This document shows, piece after piece, positions 48,076 to 56,529 of a stretch of 64,000 nucleotides of DNA (the first letter of the stretch is position 1; each line of letters begins with the position of its first letter). The position numbers and the translations under genes were made by a program. The notes below the pieces were generated by a model. That model searched no databases, was not told the origin of the DNA, and saw nothing but the letters and a program-made list of their open reading frames with translations. The stretch lies in contig DGQM01000010.1 of NCBI GenBank assembly GCA_002389765.1, positions 10,160 through 74,159 on the forward strand, written 5' to 3'. The stretch is from Bacteroidetes bacterium UBA4414 (GTDB taxonomy: Bacteria > Bacteroidota > Bacteroidia > Chitinophagales > Chitinophagaceae).

Positions 48076-48570
48076 ATGAAACAGACCTTATTACAATTTG
48101 CACAATATAATCTGTGGGCAAACAAGCTGATGCTCGATGCCATTCTGCAATTGACGCCCGAACAGCTGGATATGACCATTACCAGCAGTTTCGATAGCAT
48201 ACGCAAAACCATAATGCACACCTATGCAGCTGAGTATGTATGGCTGCAGCGCCTGCAATTGGCAGAGCATCCTGTTTGGGTGGGCAACGATACGGATAAG
48301 AGCATTGAGGAAGTGTGCAAGCATTGGCTGCAGGTTAGCGAGGCGCTATTGGCATTTGTAGAAAAACAGTTTGATGACCGCGCGCTGGAACACGTGGTGC
48401 AATATCAGAATCTGCAACAGGTGCAATTCAAAACACCTGTATTCGAGGTGCTGACGCATTTGTTCAATCACGCCACTTACCACAGAGGGCAGTTGGTTAC
48501 TATGCTGCGTAAAGCGGGTGTTACCAAAGTGCCCGGTACCGACTATATAATCTGGTGCAGAACAAAATAG
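48076..48570 (+). CDS. DinB-family protein
   Basis: LLQFAQYNLWANKLML N-terminus and a C-terminal HATYHRGQL metal-binding motif. ATG at 48076 is preferred to 47962, which would overlap the divergent gene. Confidence 0.7.
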   Translation: MKQTLLQFAQYNLWANKLMLDAILQLTPEQLDMTITSSFDSIRKTIMHTYAAEYVWLQRLQLAEHPVWVGNDTDKSIEEVCKHWLQVSEALLAFVEKQFDDRALEHVVQYQNLQQVQFKTPVFEVLTHLFNHATYHRGQLVTMLRKAGVTKVPGTDYIIWCRTK

Positions 48571-48572
48571 TG

Positions 48573-49262
48573 CTAATAATACCGTTCCTTCATCAGTGGT
48601 ATGTTTATCTGGTAGGTAATCAGTAGTTGTAATAGTTTGCCCTGTAAGGCATAGGTGCCATTCTTGTTGATGCCTTCGATGCCATACTTTACAGGTTCAG
48701 GAAAAATGTCTGTAGGTGTGTACAAGCCTCTTACATTGATGGCAGATTTTCCTATCATTCTGAAACTGTATTCAAACCCTGCACCGCATACAGCTACAAA
48801 ATGCATGCTGTTATAGTCTGTTTGTATGCCTACATAACCAACAGGTACCTTCTCTTCCATACTGCTGAAGTCGTAAAAGCCCACGCCCAATTGTATATAG
48901 GGCATAAAGCTCTGGTCTTCGTCTATCTCTATATACAAACCGCTGCCAATGGTCATCAGCGAGCGTACCTGTTCATAATAAAACTGCTGTGTGTTGGGCG
49001 ATTTTACAGGCATATTAAACCGCGACAAGCCTAATGTAAAGTCAACCATCAGATTGAACTTCTGTGCTGTATAGTAGCGCAGCCCTGCAATGAATTGCGG
49101 TGAGAGTAACACCCGCCTGTTCAGCTTATCGGGCATTACATCTTTATTGCGTATAAATGCGTCATACCCTATACCACCACCCAGATAGGTACTTAGCGAC
49201 TGGGCACGCGGTTTGGTATTCATTAAAAGACAAGTAAGCAAAAGAGCACACAATTTCCGCAT
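48573..49262 (-). CDS. hypothetical outer-membrane beta-barrel protein
   Basis: Signal peptide, an alternating beta-strand pattern, and aromatic-rich strand ends. The family is not assigned. Confidence 0.45.
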   Translation of the reverse strand: MRKLCALLLTCLLMNTKPRAQSLSTYLGGGIGYDAFIRNKDVMPDKLNRRVLLSPQFIAGLRYYTAQKFNLMVDFTLGLSRFNMPVKSPNTQQFYYEQVRSLMTIGSGLYIEIDEDQSFMPYIQLGVGFYDFSSMEEKVPVGYVGIQTDYNSMHFVAVCGAGFEYSFRMIGKSAINVRGLYTPTDIFPEPVKYGIEGINKNGTYALQGKLLQLLITYQINIPLMKERYY

Positions 49263-49322
49263 ACAGGATAAACGTACACAGTCTTGTAATATTTTACAAC
49301 GCCTGTTTATTTATAAACTGAA

Positions 49323-49409
49323 ATGACTAATATTGTAGCAGTGGCAACACAACACAACATACTGGCTAACGCATATTATTACTATTCCACACGATATTGT
49401 TCGGAATAG
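49323..49409 (+). CDS. candidate 28-aa Tyr-rich leader peptide (MTNIVAVATQHNILANAYYYYSTRYCSE)
   Basis: ATG-initiated ORF with four consecutive Tyr codons (49374-49385) plus a fifth at 49395. It lies between a divergent gene and an intrinsic terminator that precedes phhA. Confidence 0.4.
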   Translation: MTNIVAVATQHNILANAYYYYSTRYCSE

Positions 49410-49437
49410 CGGTTTCATGTACATGATATTTTAAGCA

Positions 49438-49467
49438 CCCGGTTCCGAGCAGGAACCGGGTTTTTTT
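49438..49467 (+). terminator. strand-specific intrinsic terminator 22 nt upstream of the phhA start codon
   Basis: CCCGGTTCC pairs with GGAACCGGG around a GAGCA loop, followed by T7 (49461-49467). No plus-strand gene ends upstream of it. Confidence 0.8.
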
Positions 49468-49489
49468 ATTTTCAACACAATCAATTTTT

Positions 49490-50239
49490 ATGAACAACAA
49501 CAACTTGCAGCAGCGCTATGAGCTGTACACAACAGACGACTTTAAAGTATGGCAAACACTCTACGACCGCCAGATGAACTATCTGCAAATGCATGCTGCA
49601 AAAAACTATCTGGATGCCATAGAAGCCATCGCGTTCAATCGCCATGTTATTCCACACTTCGGAGATACTACGGTGCGCTTGCAGCAGGCTACGGGGTGGC
49701 AGCTGAAAGTAGTGCCGAACCTTGTTCCGCAAGATGAATTCTTCACTGCCTTATCGCAACGCATATTTCCTGCTACGGCATGGCTGCGCAGCTATGAGCA
49801 GATAGACTATATAGAAGAGCCGGATATGTTTCACGATGTGTTTGGCCACGTGCCGCTGTTGATGAATGCAGACTATGCAGCTTTTATGGAAGGTATTGGT
49901 AAGCTGGCTATGCAATGGATGCACAATCCGCAAGCCATCAGCCTGCTGGGGCGCATGTATTGGTTTACCATAGAGTTTGGCTTGATGCAGGAGCAGGATG
50001 AGCTGAAGCTATACGGTGCAGGTATTATGTCGTCGCTGGCAGAGGCAAATAATGCATTAGGTACTGCTTCTGCAAAGCACGTTTTTGATTTGCGACAAAT
50101 GCTGCACACAAACTACCGTACAGACATCTTGCAGGATACGTATTTCACCATTACATCCTTCAGTCAATTGTACCAATCGCTGCCTGCTATGGATGCGGCA
50201 CTGAAGGCTATTGTGAAAGATGAGGTGTTGATAACCTGA
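49490..50239 (+). CDS. phhA: phenylalanine 4-monooxygenase (aromatic amino acid hydroxylase)
   Basis: Iron-binding motif region EPDMFHDVFGHVPLL...WFTIEFGL, and a size of about 250 aa typical of bacterial PhhA. Confidence 0.85.
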   Translation: MNNNNLQQRYELYTTDDFKVWQTLYDRQMNYLQMHAAKNYLDAIEAIAFNRHVIPHFGDTTVRLQQATGWQLKVVPNLVPQDEFFTALSQRIFPATAWLRSYEQIDYIEEPDMFHDVFGHVPLLMNADYAAFMEGIGKLAMQWMHNPQAISLLGRMYWFTIEFGLMQEQDELKLYGAGIMSSLAEANNALGTASAKHVFDLRQMLHTNYRTDILQDTYFTITSFSQLYQSLPAMDAALKAIVKDEVLIT

Positions 50240-50258
50240 TGGAACTTGTATAAATAAT

Positions 50259-50285
50259 AAAAGGCTGGTATTACACCAGCCTTTT
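50259..50285. terminator. bidirectional terminator between phhA and dnaK
   Basis: AAAAGGCTGGT pairs with ACCAGCCTTTT around a 5-nt loop. Confidence 0.8.
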
Positions 50286-50306
50286 ATCTTATGCTATCAA
50301 TAGCGC

Positions 50307-52199
50307 TTATTTCACTTCTTCGTACTCAGCATCTGCTACACCACCATCTGCATCGCCTGCAGGTTGTTGTTGTGCACTACCATCTGCACCAGCTTCTTGC
50401 TGTGCGCTGTAGATGTGCTGGCTTGCAGCTTGCCATGCAGTGTTCAGTTCTTCTGCAGCTTTATCTATACCGTCCATGTCTTCTGCTTTGTGTGCTTCTT
50501 TCAGCTTGTTCATTGCAGTTTCAATGGCTGTTTTTTCAGCTTCCGGTATTTTATCGCCGTAGTCTTTCAGTTGCTTTTCTGTGTTGAACACCAGGCCATC
50601 AGCCATGTTCAGTTTTTCAACACGCTCACGTACTTGCTTATCAGCTTCTTCGTTTGCTTTAGCTTCATTCTTCATCTTTTCAATCTCTTCTTTGCTAAGG
50701 CCGCTACCAGCTTCTATACGGATGTTTTGTTGTTTGCCCGTGCCTTTATCTTTCGCCGTTACGTGCAGGATACCGTTCGCATCGATGTCGAAGATAACTT
50801 CTACCTGAGGTACACCACGCGGTGCCGGCGGAATGCCATCCAGAATGAAGCGGCCCAGCGATTTGTTCTGGTTTGCCATAGGGCGCTCACCTTGCAGTAC
50901 GTTGATTTCTACACTTGGCTGGTTATCGCTTGCTGTAGAGAACACTTCGCTTTTTTTGGTAGGGATAGTAGTGTTTGATTCTATCAGTTTCGTCATTACA
51001 CCACCCATAGTTTCGATACCCAGTGAAAGCGGTGTAACGTCCAGCAGCAATACGTCTTTTACATCACCAGTCAATACACCACCTTGTATAGCCGCACCGA
51101 TAGCTACCACCTCATCCGGGTTTACGCTACGGTTTGGTTTTTTGCCAAAGAATTTCTCAACTACTTCCTGCACTTTTGGTATACGTGTGCTACCACCTAC
51201 CAGTATCACTTCGTCAATATCGCTCGGGTTCATACCTGCATCTTTCAATGCTTTGCGGCATGGTTCCAGTGTGCGCTCTATCAGGCTGTCTGCCAGTTGT
51301 TCAAACTTAGCACGGCTCAGTTTACGAACAAGGTGTTTAGGAACACCGTCTACAGCTGTAATGTATGGCAGGTTGATTTCTGTTTCCTGAGAAGAAGAAA
51401 GCTCGATTTTCGCTTTTTCAGCACTTTCCTTCAAACGCTGCCAAGCCATAGGGTCTTTGCGCAGGTCGATAGCTTCATCTTTCTTAAACTCATCTGCCAG
51501 CCAGTCCATGATAACTTTATCAAAGTCGTCACCACCAAGGTGTGTATCACCGTTTGTAGATTTTACTTCAAATACACCGTCGCCCAGTTCCAGTACCGAT
51601 ACGTCGAACGTACCACCACCAAGGTCGAATACAGCTATTTTGCTATCCTGATTTTTCTTGTCAAGGCCATAAGCCAGTGCTGCAGCTGTAGGTTCGTTAA
51701 TGATACGACGAACATTCAGACCTGCAATCTCGCCTGCTTCTTTTGTAGCTTGGCGTTGCGCATCGTTAAAGTATGCAGGTACGGTAATAACCGCTTCTTT
51801 TACTTCTTGTCCCAGAAAATCTTCAGCTGTCTTTTTCATCTTTTGCAGAATCATAGCGCTGATTTCCTGTGGCGTGTACATACGACCTTCAATCTCAACA
51901 CGTGGTGTGTTGTTGTCACCTTTCACAATCTTGTAAGAGTTGTGCGTCATTTCGCCCGTTACTTCGTCATAACGACGGCCCATGTAACGTTTGATGGACA
52001 TGATAGTGTTCATTGGGTTGGTGATAGCCTGGCGTTTGGCAGGGTCGCCCACTTTGCGTTCACCGTTTTTCAAAAAGGCTACTACCGATGGGGTGGTGCG
52101 GCGACCTTCGTCGTTTGCAATCACCACTGGTTCGTTGCCTTCCATTACAGAAACGCAAGAGTTGGTAGTACCTAAGTCAATGCCGATAATCTTACTCAT
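50307..52199 (-). CDS. dnaK: molecular chaperone DnaK
   Basis: Canonical Hsp70 sequence throughout ([34 protein letters not shown]), with an acidic C-terminal tail ending EYEEVK. Confidence 0.97.
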   Translation of the reverse strand: MSKIIGIDLGTTNSCVSVMEGNEPVVIANDEGRRTTPSVVAFLKNGERKVGDPAKRQAITNPMNTIMSIKRYMGRRYDEVTGEMTHNSYKIVKGDNNTPRVEIEGRMYTPQEISAMILQKMKKTAEDFLGQEVKEAVITVPAYFNDAQRQATKEAGEIAGLNVRRIINEPTAAALAYGLDKKNQDSKIAVFDLGGGTFDVSVLELGDGVFEVKSTNGDTHLGGDDFDKVIMDWLADEFKKDEAIDLRKDPMAWQRLKESAEKAKIELSSSQETEINLPYITAVDGVPKHLVRKLSRAKFEQLADSLIERTLEPCRKALKDAGMNPSDIDEVILVGGSTRIPKVQEVVEKFFGKKPNRSVNPDEVVAIGAAIQGGVLTGDVKDVLLLDVTPLSLGIETMGGVMTKLIESNTTIPTKKSEVFSTASDNQPSVEINVLQGERPMANQNKSLGRFILDGIPPAPRGVPQVEVIFDIDANGILHVTAKDKGTGKQQNIRIEAGSGLSKEEIEKMKNEAKANEEADKQVRERVEKLNMADGLVFNTEKQLKDYGDKIPEAEKTAIETAMNKLKEAHKAEDMDGIDKAAEELNTAWQAASQHIYSAQQEAGADGSAQQQPAGDADGGVADAEYEEVK

Positions 52200-52314
52200 A
52201 GTCTTTTTCTATTATATCGTTTTGTTATTTACAGTAGTTAAAGACAATTAGTCAATTGATATGCCAGTTGCTCCAATTCGGCAATATTGGCAGTTTGTAT
52301 GACAGCATGCATGA

Positions 52315-52348
52315 AAAATGCCTTAATGAACTAACATTAAGGCATTTT
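52315..52348 (-). terminator. intrinsic terminator of the 52377-53468 gene
   Basis: AAAATGCCTTAATG pairs with CATTAAGGCATTTT (14 bp) around a 6-nt loop. Confidence 0.8.
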
Positions 52349-52376
52349 CTATTAATTATATATGAAATAATGTCAA

Positions 52377-53468
52377 TTATTCCTCGCTCACCCCTATGAT
52401 ATTCAATGATTTTGTAATCGGGTTTAGCTTAATGGAATCCATCGTAATATTATCGATAGGGACATTTTTGCGGATGTTAAGCGCACGTGACGTTACAATG
52501 CCATATGCATTATCACCCTTCATATTGCTGTAGAATGGCTTAATCTGCTCACCTACTATGCTACCACTTTGTATAGTAGACAGTTGATAGTAGTTGTACA
52601 GCTCATTGCCGCCACAATAAATGATGAAATCGCAACTATCCAGATAACGGACAACATTAGCGGGTGCAGGGCCCATTGCATCATACAAAAAGCCATAGAA
52701 AGCGCTGTTCAGTGTTTCCATCTTAAACTGCTGCGCACCGGACTTTGTATCCTTACCAAAAGTAAAATCGGCGCTTTTACGCGTTTTTTCTCCTGTAGTG
52801 TTGTTTTTTTCTACGTAGTTGAAGCGTATGATACCTTCTATCATCCTGCCGTTGCGTGGCGTTGTTCCTGATAAAGTGAAGGAAGATTTCAGAGTTGTTT
52901 TGGCAAAGCTAAGCGTAAAAGTGGCATCGTTGAATTTAGATACGTAAAAGCTATTAGCATTGTCGGTTTTGTCTGTGTTGACTACATAGAATATCTCGCT
53001 GGAGTCTGTACGGCCTGCATCTGCATTTGTAACTACCAGCCTGTATTTGCGATATGGATTCAGCACACTGTCTGCATTGCTGCTGGTTTTCAGCTTGTAT
53101 GCGTAGTGCGGATCTGTGAAGAAGCCCTGGCTGCCTGCTGCATCTTTAGGATATCCCTCCAGCCTCATATCTACACGATACATAGGTATTACACGCCTAA
53201 GTGTGCTACCGCTGCCATCGTATTCTTTCATCACTACAGTCAGGTTTTTAAAGTAGCTGCTATCGGCTATCTGGCTCATATCTATAGCGCTCTTATCATT
53301 GTCCAGAAAGGCCTTTTCGATACGGATGTAGTGGGCGGTGTCGCTGGCATTGATCATACCATATGCCATCATAATCTCCTTATAAGGTGCAGCCACCTGA
53401 AAGTCGTCTTTGCAAGACTGCATACCCAATGATGCAGCCAGTAAAGCGGGAATAAGTAATTTTTTCAT
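52377..53468 (-). CDS. hypothetical lipoprotein
   Basis: Lipobox (LAASLGMQSC) after the ATG at 53468, and a beta-rich remainder. It is possibly DUF4249-like, but I cannot confirm that. Confidence 0.5.
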   Translation of the reverse strand: MKKLLIPALLAASLGMQSCKDDFQVAAPYKEIMMAYGMINASDTAHYIRIEKAFLDNDKSAIDMSQIADSSYFKNLTVVMKEYDGSGSTLRRVIPMYRVDMRLEGYPKDAAGSQGFFTDPHYAYKLKTSSNADSVLNPYRKYRLVVTNADAGRTDSSEIFYVVNTDKTDNANSFYVSKFNDATFTLSFAKTTLKSSFTLSGTTPRNGRMIEGIIRFNYVEKNNTTGEKTRKSADFTFGKDTKSGAQQFKMETLNSAFYGFLYDAMGPAPANVVRYLDSCDFIIYCGGNELYNYYQLSTIQSGSIVGEQIKPFYSNMKGDNAYGIVTSRALNIRKNVPIDNITMDSIKLNPITKSLNIIGVSEE

Positions 53469-53866
53469 AATATGTAATATGTGCCGAAACACAGCCAACA
53501 AAGATAGGGGTTTAGCTGATAGTTTGGCTACAGGACATATATATGATATTTGTTTGACAAAGCCCCACCCTCCGGGATCGTTGCATCGGGTATTATGTAT
53601 TTATTAATGTGTTGATAGTTTTTGATAGTTTCTGTTGTGTTTTTGGTTCCGTAACCCTACCTACCGGCAGCAGGCATTTTGGTGGTTGATTATCAACCAT
53701 AGTATGGTTACAAATGGTTACGAAATTGCCTGCCTGCTGCAGGCAGGTTGCAGTTTGTTGCAATTTTTTCAGTTGCGCACAAATACATGTTTCGGGTTTA
53801 GAGGGTATTCAAAGAGCTATTTTTTACTATAACAAATATACGAAATAATAAGAATTGATGCTACAG

Positions 53867-53895
53867 AAAAAGGCAACCCTTGCGGATTGCCTTTT
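53867..53895 (-). terminator. intrinsic terminator of the 53930-56293 gene
   Basis: AAAAGGCAA pairs with TTGCCTTTT around a 10-nt loop. The T-run falls on the minus strand. Confidence 0.7.
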
Positions 53896-53929
53896 GTTTT
53901 TGGTGGTGTTGTTTATTGGTTGGAAAATA

Positions 53930-56293
53930 TTACTGTTGTATACTCAGCTTTTGTTGATGTATCATTGTATTATTGCTGTATACATGAATGATGTACAACC
54001 CGGTAGCAACCTGCGGCAGTTTCATTTTTTTGCCAGCAGTACCTTTGGTATTACCGTTGTATAGCTCGCTGATTACCTGGCCATGTATATTAGTAAGTAC
54101 TACTTTTACAGCAGCATCGTCTGCTATCTCTTTAGCAATATCTATACTTACTTCATCATTGGCAGGGTTTGGATATACTTTGGTAGCACTTACCACATTG
54201 CGTTTGGCAGCTACAGAGGTAGTGCCAGTTTTATAAGATGGCTCAGAGCCGCCCTCGTAAGCACATGGTACATTATGCAGCAGCTCAAGGGTATCTACTG
54301 CTACACTTATATCTCTTGTATTAAGCGTGAGGCTGCCGACAACACATGGTGATAGTGTTGTAACATTTTCCGCATTCATTGTAACATCGCTTTTGTTTTC
54401 CCTGCCACAAAAACCACCAAATACTCCATCCCAGTACCCATAGTCGTAATTTTCAGCGCCTACATGTATGTGTTTGATGCCAAGATAGCGGTCTGATGTG
54501 CCATATTTAGGGTGGGTAGATTTATATACGTGGTCCATCATTTTGGGGGCTACAAGCACAATATCATCCATGCCATCTTGAGGAGAGGATAGTTTTAAAT
54601 AATTACGCGCAGTAAAATTGTGATACCACATAATATTGGCAAGGCCGCCGCCTAGGGTATAGAAGTTGTTGGCATTGGTACCTACTATGCCTGTACCTGT
54701 ATTGGTGGTGAATGTTGGCCAGCCAAGCACTCCATTTAAACTAAGCATAGCATTTTTATCAGTAGTTAGTGGGTTAATGTAATCTAAGCCCATATCTGCA
54801 ATAAATGCATTGACATTATTGTCAGATGGTACATCTGTAAACCCTGTAGCTAGTGGCTCAGCCTGCATGCCTGCAACCAAAAACTTTGATGCGTCCCCAA
54901 TTATTTGAGGAGATCTAACGGATGTATTCCTTGTAGGGAGTATCTGCGTAAGCCATAGTTTTTTGCCTTTTACACTACGCCAATTAGAGCCACTTGGCCC
55001 CAGTACCAATGAGCTTACCTGATTTACCCATATACCATCGGGGCGAGGGTCGAAGCCATAAGGGTCTATATAAGCACCGCCAAATGCACTGCGTGTTTCG
55101 TGTTTGAATTTATTGCCCACCATAAAATACCTGTGTGTAGTAGGGTCATCTTCCCACAAAGCAACGCCGTATTCATTGTCGCCTTCGGACTCTATAGGGC
55201 CTTGAGACATATACGGATGTTCTTGTACGATGCTTAATGTTGATGGGTCTAGTATCAGGTTCATAATACCGCTTCTGTAATGGGTGTATGTTGCATTGCC
55301 ATTAGAATTGTTCTGTTCGCCGTTTACGCTACCTGTTACAAACAGATTGTCGGTATTGTTAGGTCCTTCAATCCACTGCATACGCATAGCAATATCATAG
55401 TCATACAGCTTTTTACTGTCATTAGGATCGGGCACTATGCCGGGCAGGTAATCGAATGTTGCACTGGCAATTGGCGTCAGGTAGGTGCCTGTATTATCAG
55501 GGTCTGCATCCAGTGCCATTACAAATGCTTTTTTATCGTGTACAAACCCGGGATTGTATGGAAAGGTAGACCATTGCCATGTGGTATAGCCACAAATGTA
55601 AAGCACTTTATTTCTATACAAAGAGTGTGTAGGGTAAAGGTTATAGCCATCAGTTTGCAGGTTGATGTTTATACTTGTACCAGGCGTCTGATCATAAATA
55701 TCTTTTACTGGGCCTATTACATTTCCTTCCTGGTCTACCCGCATTACGGTTATATGGTCTTTGTATGAAGTGCCTGCAAACGGAGGAATGGGATAAGGAT
55801 ATATTATTATGCTAAGGGGTAAAAAAGTTTTTTCCCTGCTCTGGCATACAATGAAAAATCGATTGACACCTTGGCTGTCTACCGCCTCAATATCTACCGC
55901 GCGCATGTGGGTAATATCTACATAGTCTCCGGGCCTGGTATTCAGGTTTCGGTAGGTTTTGTTGAATGTTCCATAGTTCTGCGCATATGTATTGTGCGAA
56001 ATGAAGTGTACCAGTGTAGAGTCTTGATTGTTTGGGTCTAGATATACCGTACCTGATGAGGCCTCGTCAAAAGGCATATTAGGGTCAGAAGTTTGTACCT
56101 TCATCAGTACATTGGAATAACCTTTAATGTCTTTTTCGAAAGATAATGGAATGGTGTAGCGCTCGTTGGATGTAGGATACTGTGCGTAGGAACTGAAGGA
56201 TGACAAAAGCGAAATAAGAAGAGCGGGAATTGCTGCGCCCGATGGCAACAATGATAAAGGGCGGCACCGTGTGCCTGTTTTGGTGTGTTTCAT
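53930..56293 (-). CDS. T9SS C-terminal-sorting-domain protein of unknown function
   Basis: Signal peptide. The C-terminal ~80 aa match the T9SS type A CTD pattern (KVYPNPANDEVSIDI...GLYIIHVYSNN...KLSIQQ). The remainder has no domain I recognise. Confidence 0.7.
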   Translation of the reverse strand: MKHTKTGTRCRPLSLLPSGAAIPALLISLLSSFSSYAQYPTSNERYTIPLSFEKDIKGYSNVLMKVQTSDPNMPFDEASSGTVYLDPNNQDSTLVHFISHNTYAQNYGTFNKTYRNLNTRPGDYVDITHMRAVDIEAVDSQGVNRFFIVCQSREKTFLPLSIIIYPYPIPPFAGTSYKDHITVMRVDQEGNVIGPVKDIYDQTPGTSININLQTDGYNLYPTHSLYRNKVLYICGYTTWQWSTFPYNPGFVHDKKAFVMALDADPDNTGTYLTPIASATFDYLPGIVPDPNDSKKLYDYDIAMRMQWIEGPNNTDNLFVTGSVNGEQNNSNGNATYTHYRSGIMNLILDPSTLSIVQEHPYMSQGPIESEGDNEYGVALWEDDPTTHRYFMVGNKFKHETRSAFGGAYIDPYGFDPRPDGIWVNQVSSLVLGPSGSNWRSVKGKKLWLTQILPTRNTSVRSPQIIGDASKFLVAGMQAEPLATGFTDVPSDNNVNAFIADMGLDYINPLTTDKNAMLSLNGVLGWPTFTTNTGTGIVGTNANNFYTLGGGLANIMWYHNFTARNYLKLSSPQDGMDDIVLVAPKMMDHVYKSTHPKYGTSDRYLGIKHIHVGAENYDYGYWDGVFGGFCGRENKSDVTMNAENVTTLSPCVVGSLTLNTRDISVAVDTLELLHNVPCAYEGGSEPSYKTGTTSVAAKRNVVSATKVYPNPANDEVSIDIAKEIADDAAVKVVLTNIHGQVISELYNGNTKGTAGKKMKLPQVATGLYIIHVYSNNTMIHQQKLSIQQ

Positions 56294-56376
56294 TTTGGGT
56301 ATCGATTTATGGTGTTAAAAAAAATGCTGTGGTGATGTATGTGAGTGCGATGATAAATGTAGGTGATGTTTTTTGT

Positions 56377-56405
56377 AAAAAAACCAGTGTTAACACTGGT
56401 TTTTT
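56377..56405. other. perfect palindromic hairpin flanked by an A-run and a T-run in a divergent intergenic region
   Basis: AAAAAAACCAGTGTTAACACTGGTTTTTT. Confidence 0.6.
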
Positions 56406-56529
56406 ATTCTTTATATAATTTAATCTTGTATTAATGTAATTGTCATTTTTTGTTAATGCGGTTTTTTGGTTATAAATTGTAATACACTATTATCATTATT
56501 CTTTAAAACCACTTTTTAATAATACCTGT

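Noticed and set aside
51084-52175. 363-aa ORF antisense to dnaK, with similar long antisense ORFs opposite the hscA-like gene (for example 25880-26461).
   Set aside because: It lies entirely within a canonical, highly conserved Hsp70 coding sequence. Long stop-free antisense frames are a known compositional by-product of Hsp70 genes. It has no independent start context or recognisable protein features.
52200-52312. Search for a CIRCE (TTAGCACTC-N9-GAGTGCTAA) heat-shock operator upstream of dnaK.
   Set aside because: No match or near match is present on either strand.
56230-56418. 62-aa ORF spanning the divergent intergenic region between the two T9SS cargo genes.
   Set aside because: It begins inside the 5' end of the minus-strand gene and runs through the palindromic hairpin. 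It has no supporting features.
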